Positions 18,420 to 26,998 are shown, numbered from the stretch's first letter. The stretch: 57,606 nt of DNA from Actinomycetes bacterium (GCA_021809805.1 JAJZKA010000003.1:1-57606); one strand, 5' to 3'. Program-made: numbers and translations. The notes: generated from the letters alone by a model not told the origin.

Positions 18420-19678
18420 TGATCCCTTCGCTCCCCCGCTCGCGCGACGACGCGCTCGCGGAGGATCTCGCCGACCCGCTCGCTTCGTTCCGCTCGGCGT
18501 TTCGCATCGATGAGGCAGGTCCCATCTACCTCGATGGAAACTCGCTCGGCCGCCAGCCGTACGCCACTGCGCCAGCCATCGGCGACCTGCTCACTCAATG
18601 GGAGCGCGAGCTAATCGGAGGCTGGCAGGACTGGGAGCGGCACCTGTTCGCGCTCGGCGATGAGATTGCACGGCTGCTCGGCGCCCGGCCGGGTGAGGTG
18701 ATCATCAGCGACTCGACGACGGTGAATTGCTACAAGCTCGCCGTCGGCGCCCTGGACGCGCGAGCCGGGCGAACGCGCGTCCTCGGTGATGCCAATGACT
18801 TCCCGACGGTTCGCTACGTGCTCCAGGGCATCTGTGCCAGCCGCGGAATGCGGCTCGAGCTCCTCGAGAGCGACCCCCGCGAGGGCCTTGATGAGCGCCA
18901 GGTGGCAGCCGCCCTCGATGAGGATGTGGCGCTCGTGTGCGTGTCGGGGACCAACTACCGCTCGGGCGCAACCCTTGATCTCGGCGCGCTCTGCGCCGCG
19001 GCCCATGGCGCCGGCACGCTCGTCCTCGCCGACTTGAGCCACACCGCCGGGTCGGTGCCAGTCGACCTCGAGCGGGCCGGCGTCGACCTCGCAGTGGGTT
19101 GCACCTACAAATACCTGAACGCAGGGCCGGGCGCGCCGGCATGGCTCTACGTGCGCCGCGCGCTCCAGGAACAGCTACGCCAGCCGATCTGGGGCTGGTG
19201 GGGCCAGCGGGACCAGTTCGCCATGGGGCCGCGCTACGAGCCAGCGCCGGGAATTGCGCGCTTTCTCACCGGCAGCCCGACGATGCTCGCCCTCGAAGCC
19301 GTGCGCACCGGAATCGCCCCGCTGCTCGAGGCGGGGATGGCCGCCTTGTGGGACAAGACAAGTCGGCTGGTCGCCCTGCTCGCGAGTCGCGTCGAGGAGC
19401 GCTGTCTTGACCTCGGCGCCCACCTTGCAAGCCCGAGCGACGCACGGCGCCGCGGTGGCCACCTGGCGGTCGCCCATGAGCACGCCTTCGCCGCATGCCG
19501 CCTTCTCGCCGAGCGCGGTCTTGTGATCGCGGACTTCCGCGGCCCGGACGTCATCCGTCTCGCTCCCGTCGCGCTGTACACGCGCACCGTCGATGTGTGG
19601 GACGCGGTCGAGCACTTGGCGGCGGTGCTCGCCGACTCGGCGGTCAAAATGGAGCGGCCCCGCACCCGCTTCACCTAA
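18416..19678 (+). CDS. kynU: Kynureninase (PLP-dependent, class V aminotransferase fold)
   Basis: IYLDGNSLGRQP, DLSHTAGSVPVDL and GCTYKYLNAGPGAPAW (PLP-Lys context), with close colinearity to bacterial KynU as I remember it. The start (GTG 18416 / ATG 18419) overlaps the receiver stop TGA 18417-18419. Confidence 0.9.
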   Translation: MMIPSLPRSRDDALAEDLADPLASFRSAFRIDEAGPIYLDGNSLGRQPYATAPAIGDLLTQWERELIGGWQDWERHLFALGDEIARLLGARPGEVIISDSTTVNCYKLAVGALDARAGRTRVLGDANDFPTVRYVLQGICASRGMRLELLESDPREGLDERQVAAALDEDVALVCVSGTNYRSGATLDLGALCAAAHGAGTLVLADLSHTAGSVPVDLERAGVDLAVGCTYKYLNAGPGAPAWLYVRRALQEQLRQPIWGWWGQRDQFAMGPRYEPAPGIARFLTGSPTMLALEAVRTGIAPLLEAGMAALWDKTSRLVALLASRVEERCLDLGAHLASPSDARRRGGHLAVAHEHAFAACRLLAERGLVIADFRGPDVIRLAPVALYTRTVDVWDAVEHLAAVLADSAVKMERPRTRFT

Positions 19679-20281
19679 GGTTCACGCCCGACGCGTCGCA
19701 GACTCAGGGAAATTCCCCTCGCCGTGGCGGTTGGCCACCCACGACCGCGAGGCGAACAAGAGCGCCTTTCCGGTGACGTGCGCCGCCGGGTGCGCCGACA
19801 AGCGCCAACTCCCCCACGGCGCGCGGCAAGGGTGATCCGAACCGGGAGTACGTAGCCCGCACGAGCGCGGCGAGCCGCCCAACCATTGACCCCCGGACTC
19901 GGCGGCCGAACACGCGCTGCGCATCAGTGCGAGCTGCCGTCCGGGCAGTACGACGCCGGCGAGGACCGGCCGGTGCGCACCGCCGAGGCGACCCCGCCGC
20001 ACCATCGTGGGACCCAAGCGTCGCCATCGCGGGTCTCCTCGCCTGCCCGATGCGCTCTCGCCAGGCCGCACTCGAGGCGTCCCGCCCTTCGGCTCCCAAG
20101 GAGCATCCACTGCATCACTACCTGGTCGAAGTTCGACGTCGCCGTTGAGGACCTGAGTCGCGACACGCCCGTGCGCCCCGGCGCCTCGGCGCTCGCGGCC
20201 GATGTGCTGGTCACCTTCTTGCGGCTCAGAAAGAGGTAATAACCAGAACAGGCGGGAAATGCGGAGAGCCCGCTCGCAGGC

Positions 20282-20310
20282 TTGACTTCCTCCCTGCGGC
20301 CGACTACAAA
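20282..20310 (+). promoter_or_regulatory. Sigma70-like promoter candidate, TTGACT-17 nt-TACAAA
   Basis: Read directly: TTGACT at 20282-20287, a 17-nt spacer, TACAAA at 20305-20310. It lies in a locally AT-richer patch upstream of nanE. The -10 lacks the terminal T. Confidence 0.35.
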
Positions 20311-20318
20311 GTCTCTCT

Positions 20319-20334
20319 ACTGGTACGTACCACT
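20319..20334. promoter_or_regulatory. GntR/HutC-type operator candidate ACTGGTACGTACCACT (perfect 12-bp palindrome TGGTACGTACCA)
   Basis: Palindrome read directly at 20321-20332. It matches the outer 6+6 positions of the DasR/NagR dre consensus ACTGGTCTAGACCACT. It lies 9 nt downstream of the -10 candidate, and a HutC-type GntR gene sits in the operon downstream. Confidence 0.55.
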
Positions 20335-20569
20335 ATGACCTGTCGTGAAGAATCCCATCGCCCTGAGGGCCAGACCATCAAGGGCGTGCCGTCAAAGCAG
20401 GACGAGAGTGCTTGTTCGTATGCCACCGCGTATTCGCCCGCGTTCGCGATGAACGATGCACCGACGACCAACGCAATCGGCCGATCGACCGTGCCGTCTC
20501 GATCTGCAACACACACCGACACCGCTGCGTCACCGAGTTGACGCCTTGCGCGGAGGGAACCGCTTCCCA

Positions 20570-21259
20570 ATGAGCGATCCGACGGCAATTGACCGCATCC
20601 ATGGCGGCCTCATCGTCTCGTGCCAGGCCGCCAACGATTCTCCACTGAGTGAACGGCGCATGATCGCCGCACTGGTGCAGTGCGCCGAGATTGGCGGCGC
20701 CGCAGGGGTGCGGGTCGAAGGCGAGCAGAACATCGCCTTCGTGCGCCAGATCACAGCGCTACCGATTATCGGTATCGAGAAGGTGGAGAGGGCAGGCATG
20801 CGCTTGATTACGCCTCACCTCGAAGCCGTACCACGCCTCACGCACGCCGGAGCAGACATCGTCGCGATCGAACTCACCCACCGTGCCTACCCTGACATCG
20901 GCTCATATGCGAGGGCGCTGCAGCAGGTCAACCCGATCCGGACCCAGGTCGGGGTGCCGCTCATGGCCGACATCTCGACTGCCGAGGAGGCGGCGGCAGC
21001 ACACGAGGCGGGATGCGATCTCGTGGCAACAACGCTCGCCGGTTACACCAGCTACTCCCGCACTGACCGCCTCCCCGACACCAGACTTGTGAGTGAGCTC
21101 TTAGAGATGGGTCTCACGGTCGTTGCCGAGGGTGGCTACCAAGACCCGGGCCAGGTGCGAGAAATCGTGCAGAACGGTGCCTGGTCAGTGTGCGTGGGCA
21201 CGGCCATTACTGATCCCATCGCGATCACGCGAAGGTTCGTCGAGGCACTTGAGCATTGA
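20570..21259 (+). CDS. nanE: N-acetylmannosamine-6-phosphate 2-epimerase
   Basis: GGLIVSCQAANDSPL, LPIIGIEK, GADIVAIE, VATTLAGYTSY, VVAEGGYQDP and AWSVCVGTAITDP are colinear with E. coli NanE. I chose the ATG at 20570 (MSDPTAIDRIHGG). Confidence 0.85.
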   Translation: MSDPTAIDRIHGGLIVSCQAANDSPLSERRMIAALVQCAEIGGAAGVRVEGEQNIAFVRQITALPIIGIEKVERAGMRLITPHLEAVPRLTHAGADIVAIELTHRAYPDIGSYARALQQVNPIRTQVGVPLMADISTAEEAAAAHEAGCDLVATTLAGYTSYSRTDRLPDTRLVSELLEMGLTVVAEGGYQDPGQVREIVQNGAWSVCVGTAITDPIAITRRFVEALEH

Positions 21260-21427
21260 CCAGGCAGTACCGTGCGCATGTACCGCAAGACGCATCGGGA
21301 CGCCCGAGCAAGCGCGCGTCGTGCGCTCGGTGGGTGCACACTTCATCGTCTGGTGTGCCGGGATCCCCGATCCGTGGGTGAGGACGAGCGTGTTCGTTCG
21401 TGCGCTGGCACCCGAGCGCGGCGACGC

Positions 21428-22195
21428 GTGAGCGACGTCGCGCGGGAGGCTCCGGCGGCCAAGGACCCCAAGACGAACCCGAAGTGGCGTGAGGCAACCA
21501 AACACGAGGAGCTGCGCGCCCGTTTGAGCCAACTGATCGACTCGGGGATGCCGCCTCACGAGCCGCTGCCCTCCGAGCGCGAGCTGATGGAGCGCTTCGG
21601 GGTGAGCCGCATGACCGTCCGCCACGCGCTCGCCGACCTCGTGCAACGTGGCCGCGTCTACCGCGTGCATGGCGCGGGCACCTTCGTCGCCGAGCCCATC
21701 GTGCGCAAGGAGATGACGCTCACCTCCTTCAGCGAGGACATGGCGGCGCGGGGCCTCCTGGCGAGCTCCCTGCTCCTCGCGGTGCGGACTGAGCCAGCGG
21801 GAGCGGTCGTCGGCCAGGCCCTCCAGGTGAGCCCGGTCGATGCCGTCATCCATCTCAACCGGCTCCGGCTCGCGAACGACGAGCCGATGTGTCTCGAGGA
21901 GACCTACCTGCCCCTTGCCATCGTCGGGAACATCGCCGCCGAGCTCGACGAGACGACCTCCCTCTACGAGCGCCTCCGCACGAGCGCAGGCATCCGCATC
22001 GTGCGTGCCGAGCAGGAGCTGAAGCCGACGGTGCTGTCGGCCGAGGAGGCAGAGCTGCTCGGGGTGCCCCCGCTGTCGCCGGCGCTCCACATGACCCGCG
22101 TCACCTACGACGACCGTGGTCGGCGCATCGAATATGCGAAGTCCCTCTACCGGGGCGACCGCTACAGCATCGAGGTCAACCTATGTCTTGCCTAG
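21428..22195 (+). CDS. GntR family transcriptional regulator, HutC subfamily (UTRA effector domain); NanR/NagR-like
   Basis: HTH LPSERELMERFGVSRMTVRHALADLVQRGRVYRVHGAGTFV followed by a UTRA-like C-terminus. I propose the GTG start at 21428. The upstream part of the ORF is Arg-rich. Confidence 0.85.
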   Translation: MSDVAREAPAAKDPKTNPKWREATKHEELRARLSQLIDSGMPPHEPLPSERELMERFGVSRMTVRHALADLVQRGRVYRVHGAGTFVAEPIVRKEMTLTSFSEDMAARGLLASSLLLAVRTEPAGAVVGQALQVSPVDAVIHLNRLRLANDEPMCLEETYLPLAIVGNIAAELDETTSLYERLRTSAGIRIVRAEQELKPTVLSAEEAELLGVPPLSPALHMTRVTYDDRGRRIEYAKSLYRGDRYSIEVNLCLA

Positions 22196-23169
22196 TGGCA
22201 GGGTCAGACGCCGGGATCGGTGTCGATCTCGGCGGCACGAAGATCGCCGCGGTGCTGATCGACAGGGAGGGGGGCTGTCGAGAGCAGGTGGTGGTGTCAA
22301 CGCGGTCCGAGCGCGGGCCGGCGGCGGTGCTTGTCGACATCGCCGCGGCGATCCGGCACCTCACCGCGCTCGCCGGCGAGCGCGGTTTGCGGGTCCGGGG
22401 AGTCGGCGTCGCTTCTGCCGGCATCGTCGATCCCCAACGCGGGGTGCTCCTCACCGTGACCGATTCGCTCCCCGGCTTCGCGAACCATGACCTGCAAGCG
22501 GACCTCGCCGCCGAGGTGGAATTGCCGGTGCGTGTCCTCAACGACGTGCACGCGATGGCATGGGGGGAGCAGCGCCTCGGCGCCGGCCGGGGCGTGCAGG
22601 ACGTGCTGTACGTCGCCGTCGGGACCGGGATTGGCGGTGCGTTCACGCACCGTGGCGCCGTGAACGTCGGTGCGCACGGTTCTGCGGGTGACATCGGCCA
22701 CGTCGTGGTCGACCGCGCGACCACGGCGCGGCGTTGCCCGTGCGGACGCCCCGGACACCTCGAGGCGTACGCCTCCGGGCCGGCGATCGCCGCCGCGTAC
22801 GCGCAGGTCGCGGGAACGGCCGGTGGCGGTGGCGACCTGCGCCCTGTCGTCGAGCGCGCGCGTCACGGCGACCGGGTGGCGCGGACGGTGCTCGAGGACG
22901 CCGCGGTGCTCCTCGGCCGCGCCGTCGGCGGCATCGCGAGCTTTCTCGATCCGGAGCTGGTGGTCTTCGGCGGGGGACTCGCGGGCATTCCGGCCACGCT
23001 GTTCTGGGATCGAGTCACCGCCTCCCTGCAGGACGAGGTGCGGTCCCCGCTCGGGCCGATGGTGGCGCGCTCGGCGCTCGGTTCAACAGCGGCGGCGATC
23101 GGTGCAGCGACGACGACGCTGTGGCCCGCCTTCGGCGCAACCTCTTCCGGTCACGGCGGATGCGAGTGA
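22183..23169 (+). CDS. ROK family sugar kinase (N-acetylmannosamine / N-acetylglucosamine kinase-like)
   Basis: GVDLGGTKIAAVLID ATP motif and ROK Zn motif CPCGRPGHLEAYASG. The ATG at 22183 overlaps the GntR gene end by 13 nt. Confidence 0.85.
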   Translation: MSCLVAGSDAGIGVDLGGTKIAAVLIDREGGCREQVVVSTRSERGPAAVLVDIAAAIRHLTALAGERGLRVRGVGVASAGIVDPQRGVLLTVTDSLPGFANHDLQADLAAEVELPVRVLNDVHAMAWGEQRLGAGRGVQDVLYVAVGTGIGGAFTHRGAVNVGAHGSAGDIGHVVVDRATTARRCPCGRPGHLEAYASGPAIAAAYAQVAGTAGGGGDLRPVVERARHGDRVARTVLEDAAVLLGRAVGGIASFLDPELVVFGGGLAGIPATLFWDRVTASLQDEVRSPLGPMVARSALGSTAAAIGAATTTLWPAFGATSSGHGGCE

Positions 23170-23527
23170 TGTTGGCGCACCAGTCGGCGCGCCATCCCGC
23201 CGCCTCTCCAGCGACAGGGAGGTCCCGTCTCGTTGCCATCAAGGACGGAAGGTGGCGCCGCTAAGGTCCCGGGCTGCTCAGCAACGCGCGCATCGTCGCT
23301 GGGCACCTGCGGCATCGCGCGCGCGGAAGGCCGCGCACCCGTGGCGCGCAGATCGTCCAGTCGCTGCGGCGACCTGCGCCGGGCTCCGCTGAGGACAACA
23401 CGTCCCCTCGGCGGGGCGATCCGAGCGCGCTCTCGGGCTTGATCGACGCTCGCGTCCATGGCCGAATGGCGTGTCCCGCGATGTGGCCGCGCTCTGTCGC
23501 CTTGCCGCGGCGGGGCCGGGCGCCCCC

Positions 23528-25204
23528 TCAGGTGCTCCGGCGCCGGGCGCGCCGCTGCGGCAGGTCGCTGCGCAGCGTCGACCACACGATCGCGAGGCCA
23601 AGAAGAAAGGCGAGCGCCAAGAGCACGATCGAGAAGGCCGACTCTCCAAGCCAGCGTGGGCCGCTGGCGGAGATGGAAAAAATCGCCGCCGCCAGCACGA
23701 AGGCGGCCACCGCAAGGCCGGCCGCGGCGCGATTGGCCAGCTTTTGGATGCTGCGCATCAGTGCCGATTCGTCAAAGCCCTCGACACGAAGATGCAGTCT
23801 GCCCTCAGCCAAAGCGTCAAGCAGGTTGTTCATCCGTCGCGGCAGGTGCTCGGCGAACTCCTTGGCGTCGAGCATCGCTCCGATGAGACTTGAGGGTGTG
23901 ACCGAGCGCTCCATCGAATGGCGCATGAGGACGCTCGCGTGTTCGCGAATGGCGCGGGCCGGCTCATAGGAGGGGGCGAGGCGGCGGGCGACGCCGTCGA
24001 GGTTGACGAGCGCCTTGGCGACCATGGTGAGCTGGGGTGCCGGTCGCAACCGACTCGAGACCGCCAGCCGGGCGAGCTCGCCGAGCTGCCGCCCAGTCTG
24101 CAGCTCGGAGAGTCGCGCCCCGCTCATCTGCAGGACGAAGCCCGCCACTCGACGGCCGAGCAGGTCACGGTCGAAGCCGTCGAGCGGCTCGCCGCAACGC
24201 TCGAGCGCCGAGGCCGCCTCGGCGGGGTTCGTCGTGCCGAGCGCGAGCAGCAGGCGCAGCAGCGCTTCTTGGAGCTCCTGGGTGATCCAGGCGGTCATGC
24301 CGACGTCGATGAGCGCGAGGTCTCCCTCGGTCGTCACCAAGATGTTGCCGGGATGCGGATCAGCATGCAGCACACCATGGATCAACACCTGGTCCAAGAA
24401 GGCCTTAAAGAGCTGGTCGGCGAGCGGCGCGCCGTCGACCTCGAGCAAGCCGAGGGGGCCCATCGCGGCAAGCGAGCGCCCCTCGACCAGCTCCATGGTC
24501 AACAGGCGGCTCGTGGTCAGGTCGTCCACCGGTGCCGGCACGTGCAGCCGGGGATAGCCCTCGAGCATGCGGGCAAGCATGCGCAGGTTTGCCGCCTCGG
24601 CCGTGTAGTCAAGCTCGGCGCGCACTGAGCGGGCGAACTCCTCGACCATGAGCGCCAGCCCGGCGCGCTGGGCCACGCCGACGTGATCGTCGAAGGCGGT
24701 CGCCAGCTCGCCGATTACCTCGAGGTCATCGGCCACCTGCTGGCGGACGCCGGGCCGCTGGACCTTCAAGGCAACCTGGCGACCGTCACGCAACGCGCCG
24801 CGGTGCACCTGCGCGAGGGAGGCCGCCCCAAGCGGGCGCTCGTCGAAGTCCGCGAATGCCCGTGAGACCTTGGTGCCGAGCTCCTCTTCGATGACCGCGC
24901 GCACGACCTCGACGCCGATCGGCGACGCGTGCTCCTGGAGGCTCGAGAGCGCGCTCAGATATTCAGGCGGCAGCAGGTCGACCCGGCTCGAGAGCAACTG
25001 GCCGAGCTTGACATAGGTTGGCCCCATCTCCTCAAGGGAGCGCGCGAGTTGCTCGCCGTCGACGAGCAACTGCGCACGCTCCTGTTCGCCCCGCAATGGA
25101 GCACCGCCCGAAGCGGCGTCGCTGATCACCGCCCGGTTGGCAAAGAGCAGTTTCGCCAGCCGGGTGTAGTCGGGCAGGTGGCGAACCCGGATCGAGGTGC
25201 TCAT
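23528..25204 (-). CDS. ABC1/UbiB atypical kinase family protein with C-terminal TM helices
   Basis: FADFDERPLGAASLAQVHRGALRDGRQVALKVQRPG, HADPHPGNILV and LIDVGM, with a hydrophobic C-terminal tail. Confidence 0.9.
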   Translation of the reverse strand: MSTSIRVRHLPDYTRLAKLLFANRAVISDAASGGAPLRGEQERAQLLVDGEQLARSLEEMGPTYVKLGQLLSSRVDLLPPEYLSALSSLQEHASPIGVEVVRAVIEEELGTKVSRAFADFDERPLGAASLAQVHRGALRDGRQVALKVQRPGVRQQVADDLEVIGELATAFDDHVGVAQRAGLALMVEEFARSVRAELDYTAEAANLRMLARMLEGYPRLHVPAPVDDLTTSRLLTMELVEGRSLAAMGPLGLLEVDGAPLADQLFKAFLDQVLIHGVLHADPHPGNILVTTEGDLALIDVGMTAWITQELQEALLRLLLALGTTNPAEAASALERCGEPLDGFDRDLLGRRVAGFVLQMSGARLSELQTGRQLGELARLAVSSRLRPAPQLTMVAKALVNLDGVARRLAPSYEPARAIREHASVLMRHSMERSVTPSSLIGAMLDAKEFAEHLPRRMNNLLDALAEGRLHLRVEGFDESALMRSIQKLANRAAAGLAVAAFVLAAAIFSISASGPRWLGESAFSIVLLALAFLLGLAIVWSTLRSDLPQRRARRRST

Positions 25205-25448
25205 GGACTGCTCCTACCCCGCCGGGGACCTGCCCAACGGGGCGCCCGCTCGGCTCTAGGGACGGGGTCGGGTCAAGCAGAGCTGGGAGCACGATCCGCG
25301 CACCGGGTGCACCTCGCCGCACTTTGTCGCACCGGGCGCCTGGGCGGAACGCGCGCCTCGCAAGCTACCGGTGCGGGCGTTGCGGGCAGCGATCGCGAGC
25401 AGGGCCCCACCGGTCGCCCGCTTTGGCGGGCGTCTCGCCTGGGCGCTG

Positions 25449-26420
25449 CTAGCCCTCGAGCTGGCGGATCGGCGATCCCGCCAGGTAGGCCGCAATGTCC
25501 TCGACAGCTTCTTGGTACATCACCTTCAGGTCTGCCTCGGTCACATAGCCAAGGTGCGGGAGAAGGACGAGGTTCTCGAGCTCGAGCAAGGGGTGACCGG
25601 CCGGCAGCGGCTCGGTGTCGTAGACGTCGAGGCCGGCCGCCACGATCACCTTGCGCCGGAGCGCCTCGATAAGAGCAACTTCGTCGACGATCGGCCCGCG
25701 CGCCGTATTGACCAACACGGCGCTCGGCTTCATGGCCGCAAGCTCGGCGGCGCCAAAGAGCCCCCGCGTGCGTTCGCTAAGGACCAGGTGGATCGACAGC
25801 ACGTCGGAGCGCTGAAGCAAGGCGGCCTTGGAAACTGGCTCCACGCCGAACTCATCGGCGCGTGCTACCGAGAGGTTCTCGCTCCAGGCAATCACCTCCA
25901 TGCCAAAAGCCCGCGCCGGCGCCACCATCGCGGATCCCAGGCGTCCGAGGCCAGCCAGCCCGAGGGTGGCCCCGCCGAGCCGCCCCGGGATACCGAGCTG
26001 CCAGTGGCCGTCGCGCAGCGCCCGGTCCTCGAGTACCACGCGCTTCGTCGTCGCCAAGATGAGCGCGAAGGCCACCTCGACAGGGCTCGGAACCCCCGGC
26101 AGGGTCGGTGCTGACGAACCGTTCGTGCCCGAGACGACGACGCCCTTGGCCCGCAGGTAGGCGACATCTAGCGCGGCGTTGCGCATCCCGGTCGTCACCA
26201 CGAGGCGAAGGCGGTCGAGCTCGCTGAGCACCCCTCGGGAAAGGAACGTGCGCTCACGCATCACGACGAGCGCGTCAAAGTCGCGCAGCGTTCCGGCGAG
26301 GCTGGGCTGGGCGATCGGCTCGTGGAAAAAGACCACCTCGACGGCATCGCCAAGTCGTCGCCAGTCCGCCAGGGAGCGAGCCATGCGCTGGTAGTCGTCG
26401 AGCACCGCGATCTGCAACAT
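25449..26420 (-). CDS. D-isomer-specific 2-hydroxyacid dehydrogenase family protein
   Basis: GLAGLGRLGSAM NAD motif, VLVNTARGPIVDE and LLPHLGY. I chose the ATG at 26420 (MLQIAVLDDY). Confidence 0.85.
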   Translation of the reverse strand: MLQIAVLDDYQRMARSLADWRRLGDAVEVVFFHEPIAQPSLAGTLRDFDALVVMRERTFLSRGVLSELDRLRLVVTTGMRNAALDVAYLRAKGVVVSGTNGSSAPTLPGVPSPVEVAFALILATTKRVVLEDRALRDGHWQLGIPGRLGGATLGLAGLGRLGSAMVAPARAFGMEVIAWSENLSVARADEFGVEPVSKAALLQRSDVLSIHLVLSERTRGLFGAAELAAMKPSAVLVNTARGPIVDEVALIEALRRKVIVAAGLDVYDTEPLPAGHPLLELENLVLLPHLGYVTEADLKVMYQEAVEDIAAYLAGSPIRQLEG

Positions 26421-26596
26421 GGGGTGTGGTTGAAACTCCGGGGTCACTCTTCGCGCGCAGCGTTGCCGATCGCTGTTCGCCAGATTGGGGAAAGCGTCTG
26501 CTGCGTCCACTCAACGTCGCTTGACTCGAGCCGGAATCGCGCGGCCAGGCGAGTCTGGACCTCCGCGACCCAAACAGGCAAGTCAGCTCGGATGCC

Positions 26597-26818
26597 CGCT
26601 TAATCGGTCGCCCCGATCGAACCAATAACGGCTCGATTGACCGAACCGAGGTGGCATCGGTGAGTTCTGCGACATCTTCGGTGGGCGATCCCCGAGCTCG
26701 GTCGGGGATCGCCGTGCCTGCCGCCCAGCCGCCCGGAATCCCAGCGCGATCGGCGGTCTTCCCGAATGTTGCGATCGCGCGAAGCCGCTCAATCCGAGCG
26801 ACCCATCTGGCGTTAGCA
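26597..26818 (+). ncRNA. Candidate structured 5' leader / riboswitch (possibly c-di-AMP ydaO-type) upstream of the secreted wall-hydrolase-like gene
   Basis: Blocks appear in the order I recall for the ydaO motif: CGCTTAATC (26597), GGGGATCGCC (~26705), CCGGAATCCC (~26730), CCCGAAT (26761), CGCTCAATCCGAGCG (~26786). Two perfect stems are also present: GGCGATCCCCGA/TCGGGGATCGCC and GCGCGATCG/CGATCGCGC. This is a match from memory, not a covariance-model hit. Confidence 0.3.
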
Positions 26819-26884
26819 CTCTGTTAGGGGCGCGCAGGGACTCTCGCCACCGGGCGCTCGACGCGCGAGGGTGGGTGCGCCACA

Positions 26885-26908
26885 GCGCCAACAAATGGCG
26901 GGTTTTTT
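26885..26908 (+). terminator. Short GC stem (CGCCA-acaaa-TGGCG) followed by a T6 tract inside the leader; possible attenuator
   Basis: Read directly. TTTTTT at 26903-26908 is one of the very few T-runs in this window. The stem is only 5 bp, so this is weak. Confidence 0.3.
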
Positions 26909-26998
26909 CAGGAATTCACCGGTTTCCCGCGCCCGGCGCGTCGACACCCAGTACGGGCCGCCAATGCGGCCGAATTGCGACCCAGTGCAGAGACGTCC

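Noticed and set aside
19682-20239. Five overlapping ORFs of 73-142 aa on both strands in the kynU-nanE gap
   Set aside because: None has a recognisable motif, an SD-linked start or sustained protein-like composition. I treat them collectively as a possible decayed gene in the findings rather than calling any as a CDS.
20304-20588. 94-aa minus-strand ORF (and 68-aa plus-strand ORF 20335-20541) in the 235-nt stretch between the nan operator and the nanE ATG
   Set aside because: The minus-strand ORF overlaps the nanE start and runs through the operator and promoter. I recognised no motif and saw no SD. Its middle part (DGTVDRPIALVVGASFIANAGEYAVAYEQ) is protein-like, so a gene remnant cannot be excluded, but I cannot support a CDS call.
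23170-23527. 358-bp convergent gap between the ROK kinase and the UbiB kinase, checked for a terminator or small RNA
   Set aside because: I found only short GC stems (e.g. GCGCGG-aagg-CCGCGC) with no U-tract and no recognisable motif. Nothing there is supportable.
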